Source of the DNA: Glaucostegus cemiculus
Taxonomy: Eukaryota
Length of the DNA: 64,000 nucleotides
Assembly: GCA_976551045.1 (NCBI GenBank)
Contig: CDPCPM010000323.1
Span: 4,278,001 to 4,342,000, forward strand
Reading direction: 5' to 3'
In this document: positions 39,905 through 53,904 of the stretch, piece by piece
How the letters are laid out: each line of letters begins with the position of its first letter
Position numbering within the stretch: position 1 is the first letter of the stretch
Notes under the pieces: model-generated
Seen by the model: only the letters and a program-made list of their open reading frames with translations
Told to the model about the DNA's origin: nothing
The model's database searches: none
Position numbers and translations under genes: made by a program

Positions 39905-40032
39905 GGCAGATGGAACCTGGAGGGTTACGGGCTGCACAAGAGGGAAGGGTTCAACTGATCGTGGAGGAGGTGTTCATACAGATCAGCACCACATTGTGGG
40001 CCAAAGGGCCTGTACTGTGCTGCACTCTTCTG
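39905..40032 (+). mobile_element. CR1 LINE 3' tail
   Basis: ggagggttacggg...gggaagggtt...gcaccacattgtgggccaaagggcctgtactgtgctgcactcttct. Confidence 0.8.
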
Positions 40033-40329
40033 GGTTGTAAATAAAGTATGACCATTTAAAGTTTCAATTAATTTAACCAGCATTCACTCACACCAGGAAC
40101 AGGATTTCTATGAATATGCAGTCAGTGAAGTGATGCGATTTTTTTATGTGACTTATGATATAAAAATTTATTCAAAACAGAAGGAGGTGCAGAGAAGTTT
40201 AAAGTTAGAGTAATCTTTTAAAAAATAATTCCAATTAAACACAAGAGAAATTACTTAGTTTCATGAGGTGTTTGAAAATCAGGTTGCATTCTTAAGATCC
40301 CTTAAATGAGAATTGAACTAATGCTTTTT

Positions 40330-42515
40330 CACACTTGAATAGAACAAAACCTTTTCAGTGCACAGGATATAGAGAATGGGTTTTTGCATGTAGAGTTTGA
40401 AGAGGAAAGCTCATATTTAGCCTGTTTCAATGTACCACTTGGTAAATACCATGGGAGAAAAATGCCATTTGGAATTCACACTACAGCAGAGGAATTTCAG
40501 CAGAGAATTGCTGGATTTGGACTCAGAGGGGAAGAGGCCACAGCAGAAGACATATTGATCTTTGGAGAAGGAGAAACCTCAAACAAGGCAGAAAGTTAAG
40601 AGCCCTGATGAGCACTTGTAGGGAGAAGCAGCTGAAGCTGAATGAGAGAAAGTTCAGATTGAAGGGCATCTTTATCATGTGTGGTTTTAACACCAGAAAT
40701 GGTCTATGGCCAGATCCAGCAAAAGTCAACAGAGTCAAGCAGATACCCAACCCAACAGATATTGAGGAATGCAATGCTCTGTGGTGTTAATCAGCTATAT
40801 AAGTAAGTTTCTGCTCCATCTGAGTGGGACGTGTGAGTTACTCAGACAGCTGACGATAAAGATTGCATAATGGTGTTGGTTGGACTCTCACCAGCAAGTA
40901 GTCAAAAAATTAGGAGATAATCACAACAGATCCTGTGTTATGATACTTTGATGACAATCCAAGAGTCTCAGAACAATAACACTACAGGAAGTAAATTTAA
41001 AAGAAGCTACATACAAGAGCTTTGATTGGAAAAGTCGTCCCATTACATATAAGAAAGAACTGTACATGTGCACAGAGATCATAATCCATCTGAGATATTT
41101 TCTGTGGAGCATTAAAAAGATTGCAGGGAATGTTTTTGAGGCTGTAGGCATACAATGCTAAGATTCAGTACCTTAGCAAACACATGCCTGGAGCCATTCT
41201 GCTTAACCAAGTCTATCTCGCGGATAAAAGACATGCAGAAAGTATTGAGCTTGAGACAATCAATATGATGATGAAGCATTTTCCAATCTCTCAGCCATCA
41301 ACACCAAAAATTGAGGATGAAAAAAACAATAGGATGCTGGAGGAACTCAGCAGGTCAGGCAGCATCTGTGGAGAAAAACAGTCAACATTTCAGATCAGGA
41401 CCCTTCTTCCAGTCCTGAAGATAGGACAAGGTGAAGCCCAATATATAGAGGGGAAAAAGCAGAGCAGTGCTAGGTAAACAAAAGAGGGGAGGTAGTGTGG
41501 GCACAAGGTGGTGATAGGTAGATGTAGGTAAGAAATAGTGATAAGGAGGAGGGAGTAGATCCACAAAGCGATGGGTCAAAGGTATGGAGACAGATACCCC
41601 ATGGAGGGAGAGAAGGAGAGGAAAAGAACAGGCAAGGAGAAAAAGGAGCGAGAGGCTAGGAAAAGAAAGAAAAGAAGAGGCATGGTGGAGGGTTGGGGGT
41701 GAAATCAAACACCCCCAGCCCCCATGGGGCACCTGCCTCCATACGTTTGACCTATCTCCCAATGGATCTGCTCTCCCCTCCTCCACAGCTCCTGCCTATC
41801 ATAATCTCTTACCTGCATCTACCTATCACCACCTTGTGTCCACTGCACCTCCCCTCTTTTGCCCACCTATCACTGCTCTGTTTCTTCCCACTATAGATTG
41901 GACTTCACCTTTTTCTATCTTCAGTCCTGAAGAAGAGTCCTAACCCAAAAAGCTGACTATCTGTTTTCTCCATGGATGCTGCCTGGCCTGCTGATTTTCT
42001 TCAGCATCCTTTTTTTATCTAGATCCCAGCATCTGCAGTCCTTTGTTTCTTCCTGAAGATTGAGGAGACTATCTGATAAGTGTATACCACTGCTGATGGT
42101 TAGACAGATGAGGTGAGGATGAAGCCCACCCCAGTCTGACACCAGACATGACAGAGGCAGTGATGACTCAGCACACATCACATCCCAGATCATATGAGGT
42201 CATGACAGCCGAGAAAACTCATGGGAGGAACAGCCACTATCTCAGGAAGTTAAGATGCATGAGTCACATGGCGGATGCATTGTGGTATTGGTTGGGCTCT
42301 CACTCTCACAAAGCAGATGTGGAAATATTGAATGACCCAGGTCTAACCATGAGGAAGGAGAACTCCATCGGCCCCAAAAGAACTGCCACCAGTTTGGACC
42401 ACCTGTAGAAGGACAGTTCATCATCCCAAGTGTCCAGAAGACTTCATGACAAGATAGAGTGCAAAGACACTGGGCAGTTATTTTTCATGTTTGTATTTTA
42501 TTGTTAAAGGAGAGA
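40330..42515 (+). mobile_element. Decayed Gypsy pol, interrupted by a fold-back element
   Basis: RT motifs EESSYLACFNVPLGKY..RKMPFGI..AEEFQQ, AEDILIFG and PDPAKV; integrase C-terminal PRSYEV...GRNSHYL near 42185-42245; polypurine tract aaaggagaga at 42506-42515. Confidence 0.85.
41318..42051. mobile_element. Fold-back (inverted pLTR) Penelope-type element
   Basis: Arms of about 290 bp (about 41322-41605 and 41718-42017) are imperfect reverse complements around a purine-rich spacer; direct repeat attgagga at 41310-41317 and 42059-42066. Confidence 0.8.
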
Positions 42516-42780
42516 TGTAAATTTGTGGCTCAAGCAACTGATGTATATCTCTTCAAGAATTGTAGCATGTGACCAACTGCACTACAAATGGTTCACTAAA
42601 GAAATGGACAGAACCAGCTGCCTGTGTAGGCGTAAGCCACAGCATGAAGGTTGCACTTTTCTCTGAGCTTTATTTTGTTTAATAAGGGACTTCTGCTGTT
42701 AAATTGAATCACTAACTGTTTTCCAGTACTGAGATATGAATGATATTTATACTTGAATACTGAGCACAAACAATTTTATA
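42516..42780 (+). mobile_element. Probable 3' LTR of the Gypsy element
   Basis: TG directly follows the polypurine tract; right end uncertain. Confidence 0.45.
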
Positions 42781-44739
42781 ACGGGAGATTTGTCATGCAA
42801 GAATTTGATGGATGTAAAAGATGTAAGGGACTTGAATAAATTGTAGATACACTTTTAATTCACTCATACGCTTAATTCCCCAGCCTTTGAAAACATGACC
42901 CAGGTTATTTTCTAAGCACAAATGTGACAGAATCTCCATAATGTTTGAACCATGACTTTGTGCTTAGTTTCCAAGCGTTAATATGTATTGCTGTAAGTTC
43001 TGTTGTTGAAATATTATTGCCCCAAAATGAGACTGCATTAAAATGTCTCAATCCATAAAAATCAATAATTTCACTGCATTAGTTTACTTGTACCCTATCT
43101 TGTATAAGGTTAAGCAATTAGGTAGATTCAGTGAGAGATCAAAAGAGTACAAAGGGAATTTGTCACAGTCACAGTTTATTATTAGTCTATAAAAATACTT
43201 TGTACTATTTGAACTGGACCTTAGGCAGCCACATCTATCCTAAATATTACAAAGCACACCTAGTTTGGTTGTGAATTCCTCAGTCATTATCCTCTTTGAG
43301 TATAGTCACACATGAGCAGCACTGACCTTTAGGCTTATGCTTTAATCCTTTCAAACCTGTCTCGTAAAATTTATACAAGTCCCTTTTCACTTCTTTCATT
43401 TACCTCAACGCACTGCCCTATCCTGCTCCAAATTTGTTGATTTCCATTTTTGTTACATTTTGACAATTTCACTAGTTTTTATATAACAAGGTTCAATTTT
43501 AGAAGAGTCTTTTTTATAGTTTTGAATCAAACCACTTATTTAGAAACAGATTAAAACAATAGTAAGAACCTAAAAAATGTAGTCATTTCTCTGATCTGCT
43601 CTTGTCTGCATGGCTATTCACTTTTTAAGGCTGGGTAACTCAACAAACCGCATGACATTTGTCAGATTAGAAGGGACTCCAAGGTTAGGATGGTTAAAAT
43701 GGAGAAATGGACTCCGAAAGAGATTTTAATAACAAGTCTGCGTTGAAAGACTGCAATAATATGTGCATAGGGAGTGCCAGATACTTTTGACAGATATCCA
43801 AAAAATAAGCAATCCATTATGTTGACAGAGAGCTTCCTGTGAAAAAAAAAATCAACAATTCTGCCTGGAATTGTAGATCTTTCCAAGTACGACTTTGGGA
43901 TTCCCACGGGAATGCAGAAGATCCAGTTTCACCTCAGCTGCTCAACATGGGTTGATCTCTACACTTTGTTATGGAGCCCATCATATGAGGAGAAATTTCC
44001 ACAGATGCTTACAGTGGGAGATCAGTCCACTAGTACTATGCCAGGTTTAACTTAACAGAAGAACACTGTGCCTATTACTTTGGATGGTAAGGAACAGCTA
44101 CAAGGAAGAAGAGTGTATTAAATATTTTTATATATTTGATTGGATTGATTTAAATATATTGAATTGTTCTTGATTGATTTCTAATTTTCTAGTGATCTGA
44201 CTTTTCTTTATTTTTAGAGCTTTTAACAATTTTGAACATTTTAAAAGTATGTTTTATATTTTTGAAGATTATTAAATGTTTGTGAACATTTGTCTCAAAT
44301 GCACAATATATTTGACCAGTTGCAGATGTGAAGTCAGTGGGGCATGGCTTAACTGGATGTCAAGGCAACTCAGGTCTCACCTTTTGATTGCCTGTGATAT
44401 GTGGAAAGATCCTGCACTGTCTTCAGTGAGTATCTCCAGGCTGGCTCACCTGTGCCAGGGACCAGTTCCAGGTGAGAACAGATTTAGCAGGGAGGCAATT
44501 GTGAATTAATTCAGTGAAAGATCCAGACCATTCTGCAACTAGTCAGAAAAATTGTTTTCAGCTCATTGCTGAATCTCAAAACTAATGGTATAGTCTTGCA
44601 GCCATTCTGGAACTGCTTCAGACTGAAATAGATAGCAAGGGAAACCAATCAATTCCTTAAAGACATCCCTGTCCTTTATTGATGGTTGTATACTCAACTA
44701 GTTTCTTTTTATTCATGTACAAGATATGTGTGTTGCTCG

Positions 44740-45425
44740 CACTTGGTCATTCCTCATTGCCTCGAAGAAGATGGTTGCTTGAATTCTTCCAGCCCTTGTA
44801 GTGAAAATACTCCCATTCAGCTGTTAACTACAGTTACAGGATTTTTATCCAGTGACATTGAAGGAAAGGCAGTATATTTCCAAATCAGGATGGTATGTAT
44901 CTTAGAGGAGAACTTGTTGCTGGTGCCTTTACTATGTGCATACTACTTGCCTGCCGCCCTTGTCTTTCCAGATTGTATAATTTGTGACCTGCTTTGGTAT
45001 TGTTGAAAGGCTGGAAGGCAAGTGGAGAATTTTCTATAACATTCCTGAATTGATCCTTGCTGATGATGGGAAGTGTTTTGGGTGGATAGAGGTTAGTCTC
45101 TCATTGCAAAGTATCTAACCCTCCATGTAGCCTCAGTGATGATGTGCCTAGTCCAGTTAAATTACATCCACAGGAGCACAGCTAGAGTATCAAGGAGAGA
45201 TGGTTGAACTCTGTGTTGCTGGAGAGGTTCACTGCTTGCCACTTATCTTCCCAACTCTTGCATGATATGTCGTATACAGAAATAGACTACCTCATCCTGT
45301 GAAGTCCTGTGAATGGAACTGAATATTGCACAATCATCAACAAAGAGCCTTGCTCTGACCTTATCATGAAGAGAAGGTTTTTGATGAAACATCTTAAAAT
45401 GGTTGGGCCCAGGGTACCACCCAAG
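44740..45425 (-). mobile_element. CR1-clade LINE RT/3' remnant
   Basis: Reverse frame at about 45330-45420 reads GTLGPTILRCFIKNL..IRSE, matching the QGSVLGPxxFxxFINDL motif. Confidence 0.65.
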
Positions 45426-47769
45426 GTTAAGGAGATTCCAAATCTGTCCTAGTTATTATGCAGCCCAGTAATGGGTTGAACTGGCCTGCTGTGCCTTTCC
45501 AGAGTTTTCTGTTTTCAATGAAAAACAATCTCCTTTGGTAGTTTATAGAGAAGACCGGCACATATTTCATACTGTGGTCTAAAATCAACATTATCTATTG
45601 TCATTTAGTGAAAGGCATGCATTATGCCACCTAAAAATTAGATTTCAAAAATCAGATCAAAGCATAATGAATAAAAAAGGATTCAAACTATTCAAACTTT
45701 GGCCATATTTATCTCCACGTAATAATAAGGTCAGCAGTTTAAATGGGATTAGCAGTAATTTTAATACATACATTTGTAGGTTATTGCGGCTGATGTTAGT
45801 GACAAATTTCCAATTGTTGCACGTTGTTTGATTGTCTATGCACTTAGTGCAGTTAATTAATTATTGACTTAATACAACCATAGCTATTCAAAGGATGTGC
45901 ATTGAATATCATCAAACTGTCTTTGGTGAAGTTGTAATATTTCCCTAGTTGGCAAAAATGTTATCATTATCCATTCTTTTTTTCTTTGCTAGACATGCAT
46001 AAGAAAGTTGTTCTACACAGCATCTCTTTGAGCAAATGAGAGTAACCATTTGATGGTAATAGATAGTCCTTACAGTCTTAGACAAAATGGAATTGCCATC
46101 TGTGGCTGTTAAAATTAATCGTGCTACTTTGACTGGATGCTTTCTTCCCCCCTCCCTCATTTTCTTCCATTGTTCTCTTCTTAATACCCCCAGCTCTGGT
46201 TATGAGTGAGAGATGTTTTGGGCTGTGGATACCTCTATGATTGCTTTGTTGCTGCTTTGATCAAGGATGGGGATTTGCACAGCTTCAGACAATGTCAAAA
46301 TTCTCTCCTCTACCTCATCCCTATGTAATACCTCCTTTCTGAAGTTGCTTATGTATATTTATATATGTCTGCTCTGTTTGAAATTAACACATTACCTACA
46401 TTAAACGAGTTGATATCTCACACACATTCACACATCTGCTTCATATAATTTTTAGTATTAACTATAATCTCTCTTTTGGCATGAAGTAATACAAGTTAAC
46501 AAGCTTGTGATTAAATTATTTGCAGCAGACAATAATTGTAGTTTACCATATCTATCTTGAGATTTGGAGGTGTTGGAAGCCCCTTGACCTCCAACCTATT
46601 TGCTCATACCCACCTTCTCTCTGGAAGAAGAGATACACACTCTCACCTCAACTCCACTGTAACAGCTCTCCAGAGAGACTAACTTTCTTTCTCCTGTTCC
46701 TGACTGTCAGGACTGATTATCTTATTACACCATCTATTGGAGTAAATGCTTCCCTCCTGAGTCTTTCTGCCAGCGCTGACCAGAGATAGTATCTTCCCTA
46801 ACTCCATGAATCTACCCTAGTTGACTCTCTGGAGGGAAGAAGCTTTCTTCCTCCTCATTAGCTCTGCTAAGTACTCTTCCTAGTGGAAGCAATGTTTTCC
46901 CATCGTATGTTGTGATTGACAAAAATTGCTACTCTAGGTAACTCCCTTGAAGGAACAATTATTCTCCTCCTCATTAACCCTCTCCCACCTAGTGTTTCTT
47001 TATGTGATTGCTGTCCTGAATCTTCAAACAATGAGCTCAGAAGTATGCCAATATTAAGTAAATCAGTATTCCCAAAATGTCACATTTTATGCATGCCACA
47101 GACATATTCTAATGATCTAATGATGAAATTGCCACATAATTGATTATAAATATTACAAAAGAAAAGCAACATGACTGCTGCTAGCCTTTCAGTACAGCTC
47201 CGAAAAAAATTATGAGATGGCCAATTTCACCCAGCCTAAGTGAGATGAGGTTAACTAGTTGACAACAATATCTGGAAGAAAATAATTAGCTTGCTTCAAC
47301 TTTGGCACTGACTTGAACCGATAATATTTGCTGCAATGCTAATGTTCTTCTATGTTCCACATTACAAATCTGTGTAAGGATTTTAACTTTTGATGGATAA
47401 TGTAAAGTTAATTTTAATTAACGTGGATGAAATAAGACTTGGATGCTACATTGAGGCTCTTTCACATGAATACGAAGACCTTGACCTTACATAGTTGTGC
47501 CATCCTCTGAGTTAAATCATTCAGCTTAAATCCCTTATAGTACCTCTCTCCAACTCACCACAGGTTTTTGACTTGTCAAAAGGAAACCAATTCAGGATAC
47601 TGGTAAAGGAGCAAATTGTAACAATGCAATGAAGAACAGCTGAATACAGGTTTTACAGTCTGTTTTGGTTGCCTAAATCCCACTTAATTAAAGATTAAGT
47701 GCCCACTTTTGTTTCTTCGCCAATTTACTCTCTTCCTCATTGCCTCCCAGTTGGGGCACAGTTTCAGCA

Positions 47770-48190
47770 GCCTTGCATGCATTCCAAGTGGCAATTCTTC
47801 ATGTGTGAGCCCTGACATTGATTGGCAGGCTATTTTGCCAAGAGGGCATCACAGCCGAGGACACTAGTTTCCTCATTTTAGAAGCTGCATGTTGCTAATT
47901 AGCTGAGACTTATTTTGCATAGAACGTGTTGAAAAAATAAAGTTCCAGCATTGTATTGTCTCACAGATGAAGTTTCATTTGTTTCACACATCAGTCACTG
48001 GAAAGGTTGCAAGGTGGCGGTCAGTTGCAGAAAGCTTGGCCAATTTGTACCTTCTGCAATCCAGGGGCGCTGGAGTCAAATGGAATCCACCTGCTGCTGC
48101 TACATTCTAACTCAGCTAACTCAGACCACACCAGCCATTGACCCTGAGACCTTCTTGAACTGTGTAATACAGCTACTCACTGGATAAACC
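47770..48190 (-). mobile_element. Ancient SINE-like repeat (UCON3-like from memory)
   Basis: Reverse strand has a tRNA-like head followed by ctgagttagctga...cagcgcccctgg. Confidence 0.45.
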
Positions 48191-49749
48191 AAATGCAGAG
48201 TTGTGTACATTTAAATAGTATCAATAAGCCACGGTTACTGGATTAGGCAAATCCATGCCAAATATTAAAGCATTCAGAAGAATGAGTTTTACTTTTATTT
48301 GGAATCACTGAAGTCAATACTCAAAAAAAATTGGCATTTATTGTACTTTTATTCAGATATAAGCTTTACAAAATGATCATCCTAAAATAATATCACACCA
48401 TTTTAATCTATGAATTCCTAATGTATCTTCACAAAATTCTTCTGCCTCCAATTGTGTTAAGGGAGAATGTAATTTTTTTTTCTTATTTTAATGCTTACCA
48501 CTTCCATAAAATAGCAAGAAGCCAAATTCCATACAAATGCAGTAAATGTTCAAACATTACAATTGTACAGACTAACTTTAGTTACTGAATTTGTTTTGTA
48601 TTGTTCAAAACATAAATAAATTCCAGCAGTGTGTTTTTCAAAGAATATTCTATCTATCTTTAATTTTGAGTTTGCAATATTCAGCTATCTAGTATTTATG
48701 AAAGAAAGTGCAGTTTAAAATATCTGGTTGGCGAAAGGAAAATGATTCAAAACACACTGTTGTCAAAAGGCATTTCCAACAAAACGCAACATTTGAATAC
48801 TCAACTTAGGCATTCAAGGTGCTGCAGTTCCTTCTGCTTCTGAGTTTTGCAATACTACCAATTAGTCATTTTTAGAACAAGCAGTGGATTTAATTATTGA
48901 AAATTTGTGGAACAAGATTTATTTTTGCTGAACCATAATTTATTTTGATGCACCATAAAATTTGCTGTTTTACTTGAAACCCCAAGTGAGCGAAGAAAGA
49001 AAATTCTATTTGCATAGCTTGTAGTCAGCAAGTACTCCACCCTAGTAACAATGTGCAGCCGGCACTTGGGGTAAATAATCTGTGTGTGTAGTTACTTCAC
49101 AGTAAGCAAGAAAAGGAGGAAGGAGCTGAAAATACATTTACAAATTCACCTTGGCAGTATTTCACACTATCAATAGGCTTGCTGTTGCAGTTTTAATTTG
49201 CTCTTTGTACTGAAGGGGCTTAGGTTAGTTAATTTCAATTTTTGATTTCAAAAGCTATCAAATATTGCTCATATGAGAAATCAATTTTCTCAGTTGCCCT
49301 GTTTTTGACAGCAGGGATTTGCTATTGGTTATGAGGTGGTCACATGACACTGCTGAAGATTAGTTCAGTAGGTCTGTGTCACTGGCACCTCAATTACTGG
49401 CTGCCTCTTGTAATTTAGCTTTATAACACCTAATTCAGAGACGAAACTCATATATAATTCATGAAAGCTTCCACAAGAGTAATTGTGAAATAAATTGCCA
49501 TAGAAAATATCCATTTGTGACTAAAATTTATATTTAGAACGTATGCAGCATTTTGCTTTACTGCTGTGGTGTTTCCATGTGTAATAACAAATAAAAGAAT
49601 TTCAACCAGCAATGTTTCTTTGACCACTGTTACCCTACTGTATAGACACTACTTTCTATAACACTCATTACTGATTACAATTTAATTTTATTTCTCTGAA
49701 GTTAACCAAAAAAACACTTTGTTTTTCTTCCCATTTGTCTGTTGATTCC

Positions 49750-52620
49750 ATCCTCTTGTGTTGTTATGGCAACAAGGTAGGTGAGGCCTACTCAACTGAC
49801 AACCTCAGCTGTCATCCTCACCTAAAAGCTTTGTAATTGCTCTCATTTGCATATGACAATTAGCCAAGATAGCTCACAGCAAGAGATTGAACCTTTCTTG
49901 TTCAAAGTATATAAAACGCATGACTATTATTTTGAAAGATATGTTCCATGTGGTTATGCACTCAGACATAGCAATGGGCCTTTTCATCTTATTCTCATGA
50001 TAAACAAAAGGAAAAGCCTCATTCTCGATGTAAGACATGTCTATCAGCTATGGAGTGAAAAACACAAAGTCTTCGCATTTTGTTCTTCTCATACAGAAAA
50101 AAATATAACGCAGGATTTTTTTCAGACAGTGGGGGATACTAATGAAAAGCTCTTGAACTAGTCAGATAGTGACAATGTTTTTGGGAAAAAGAGTGTCACT
50201 GCCCCTCCAACTCTTATCTGAGAGCAGGAGAAATAGATCTGTCATTCAGCCGCCCTGGGTCCGTCACCGTGTGTCGAAGCTTTTCATTTCGAAGGCTCAG
50301 CTCAGAATCCTCATGAAAGCAGAAACTGTGCTACTGCACTTTCTCTTGCCCTCGGATTTTGGAAGTTTAATGAAACTCAGGTTGCTTAATAAAGGCTGGG
50401 GCTCACAGAAGTAATCCAGACAGTTTCTTTGGAAATATTTGTATTTTTCTGTGTATTATTCTCATTATTTAAGCGGAAAGAAGGGGCTTTATGGAGTAGG
50501 CAGACACTGGAAAGATAAGGTATCCACACATCAACGCTACTGCAAGATTAGCTGGTGCTTCCCTCAATGAAAGTATATTGCTTATATTTCCTTCAGTAAA
50601 TATCCATACACATATTGCAATTTGCACCTATACAGCTGCATCTGCAATCTGTGACTTTTGTCCATGAGGGAAATAAATATTTCTTGCAATGTAGGAAATG
50701 AGATTGCAAGCTGTCTGAATTCTATTAATACCATTTGGAGAAGAAGTGTGATTATTTGATTTACTGGGCAAGTTGGGGGTTCACGGGTGTAATAAATATA
50801 TTAAAGGAAAAAGCTTTTGCATTGTAAATAATTTTTTTTCTTACAATCTAGCGATTCCATTCCATTTATTAGGTCAAATAGAGCACAGACATTAACGGGG
50901 CCTGCTGTGTGCTGCATTATTGTCTTATGGTATCCACAGGCCAGGATCCCTCCCAGTAATCATGCAAGAAAAATGTATAATGTGATATTATGGACCAATG
51001 CACACATGTTTGCCCCATAGCATTAAGGCTGCATGCGGGCGGCCTTCCAAAAGCCAGAAAATTTAAAGTCCTGCGCTTGCCTGTGTCTGGAACTATAAGT
51101 GCCAATTTGCTTTCATTAATCGGAAGTAAAATAGCACAAAGCATACTCTCTAAGAATTAGTTTGCTGCAAACCTGAAGTCAGCCGCCTACACATATCTCA
51201 GCTCTGACTGAGCTTGGTAGTGCTTTGCATGGCTCAGCCTTAAATAAAGCCTAAGGGCTCTTTAGAAATGGAGGAACCTACAGTTGATAGTCTGGAAAAG
51301 GAGCCAAGCCTGCCTTTCACTTGCCCATTAATTTCTACCTGTGGTTCAGTTCAGGCGCTAAGTTAAGTGGTTTTAGGCACAGATTCAATCAAAATAAATT
51401 GGGGAATCAAGAACTATTATCACCTCAAATATTGCTAAAGTCATAAACATACCTTGTTATTTTTTTAAATACAGCACAGATATTGATGGGACTTGTTGTG
51501 GGCTATATTTTTGCTTTGTAGATCTAAGGGTGTGCAGAAGCAGTGACCCCCCCTACCCCCCCAAACCCACACCCATGCCAATGACCTTCCAAAAAAAAGA
51601 TTGTGCAATATTATGGACAGCACTAACATTAGCGATAGCAGTTAACCGCAGCACTCATGAGTACATTACATTTGGAGCACTTATTTTTCAAATGTAATAG
51701 TACTGTATGCTATAAGTTATTTAATTCTAATTTTGGTGATTGAAATAATTAACTCTTTATTTTCTTGCTCTTTAATCCATGCTATGACTGGAATATAACA
51801 TATGGTACCATGGAATAGAGAGGAGAACTGATTGTTCTATACCTTAGTTTTGCCTTTATTGTTACTGCTCAGGATTTACATTGGATTACATAGAGTGGGG
51901 TTAGAGAGAATACCGTTAAAATAACTCATTTCGGTTTGGTTCTTCGAAGAATAGATGAAGATGTAATGTTCTTATGTCATATAGGTCCATAATGGAATAA
52001 TTGAGTGGTGGAAAATATAATTCCTCATAGTGTACATTTTTTTCTCTGCAATTTAAAATTCGGTGCCAGGTTCTGGTGAGAGTGAAGACTTGGCACGGGT
52101 TTCGCTGCGATTTGCAATCTGCAGCGTATGCTAGCTGAGACCCTTTCCTTCAGCTTGCTTGGTAGAGTCAATAGGGGGCATCCCTCATCTGTCATAGAGA
52201 AAAAATAGCTGAATTCTAATTAGCATTCTATTTGTCAGCGGTAAGGTTTCCGTCGTTAGATTTTGGATTTCATTGTTTCAGATAGATTGCCAGCTTTTTT
52301 TCTCTTACTCCTGGCATGAGAGAGCTGGTGCCTTATTTTATTACCAAAAGGCTTAGGCTGAGGGAATGCTGGTGGAATGCGAGTCCTGTGTTTAAAAATG
52401 CCAACCACGCTTTTTAGTGGCTGCGTTCATCTTGGCACAGTTGCCGAGAGCTGGCAGAGCTTCTATGCTCCTTGTGACTGAATAGAGTACAACTGAAAAA
52501 TTCAGGCATGCTTCAAATACTTAAACCGGGGTTTGGATTCTGACCAGAAAGGATCATGCTGTGTGTCAACAGGGAGACCACAGAAATGAACCTCTCCCTT
52601 TGCTCCTAATGCTCGTGTTA
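49750..52620. promoter_or_regulatory. Putative cluster of conserved non-coding enhancer-like elements
   Basis: No recognisable repeats; locally retained CpGs (50250-50355, 50890-51190, 52060-52260); many TAAT/TGACA/ATTGT motifs. Inference only. Confidence 0.35.
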
Positions 52621-53904
52621 AAAACAAAACTGAATGTAATTGTACACTGCAAAATTGCTAATATTTCAGATAAATTCTTCATAATTTAGAGAATGCAAAA
52701 TACATTGTTTTAAAAATATTATTAGTTATTGTGCAGTACTCCAAGACATAAAAGATGACACAATCTTACTTAAAATGACAAGATTAACTTTCATTAAGAG
52801 CATTCAAAGGACCATTGCCGACATAGAACAATATTTTTCTTCTATATCATTAAACCTACATGGTGAATTTGTTATATGTTTTCATAATATACTTTAAGGT
52901 TTCTGCATTCCCTGCCACATCTCAATTAATTAATATTCAGGATGTCTATCTGACTAACTATTGCACCTGTAATGACAGGAACATGCAAACAATATGTCAA
53001 AACTGCAAATATATACATCATTAAAAATCAAACATCTTTAATGTTACAGGATTTAAATTATAATTTTAAAATGCAGATGCTTTTGAATGTAAAAGCAGCA
53101 GTTTATAAGAATATTTGTATTTTGTTGTCTTTTAAGGTATGAGAGCAATTTTACTTTATTTCTAGATGGCTTGATTTCAAAAGCATCAATTTGTCACTTT
53201 TTACATTTATAATTCACTAAAAAGATATTGGTAAATTAGTACACTTTGTTTAAAAGTTGTACAAATGCCATGACACGAAGAGACAGTTTGAAAAGATTTG
53301 CTTATCCCTGTACATACATGACATGCAGAAGAAGAGAGGGTTTCAATGTAAGTGTTTAAAAAAGGCCCTGTGATTTATTAACTGTCTGGACAGTTGACTG
53401 CTGATGTGAAATTTACTGGTAATTTATCTCGTCCGAACAAGTTTTACATTTTTGTTAGCATGATAGATTTGAAGAAATTCATAAATTGTCAGCAGCTATG
53501 GCTTTGGTCAGGGTGAGCTGTTTAGGGGCTAGTGTCAATTAAAGTTTCAAGCTGACACACAAACAGGTTTTATCACTCTGTCACATTCATCGAGAAAGAA
53601 CAGTGGGAAGAAAGAAGACTAAAACTATTTCCTCATCGACTTCAAACTCACTACTTTCATAGACCTTTCATTTAGTGTTGGAATAAACCTTGGTCCTCAA
53701 AGGGTAAGAAAAAGAACTGGTCTCTCACAAACTAAAACTCTGTGGTACCTAAAGGTGAGAATACCAAGTAGGTTGAATATATTTCAAGACAAATGTTTTG
53801 CATAATGCATGCATACTTTGCTAGATAATTCCGTATTTTCATGTCATTTGAGAATTCCATTTCCTATTTGTGAAGAGCACCAGATGGCATTGAAATGGAA
53901 TGAC

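Noticed and set aside
41184-42193. Overlapping ORFs of 67-134 aa on both strands
   Set aside because: Low-complexity translations of the fold-back repeat.
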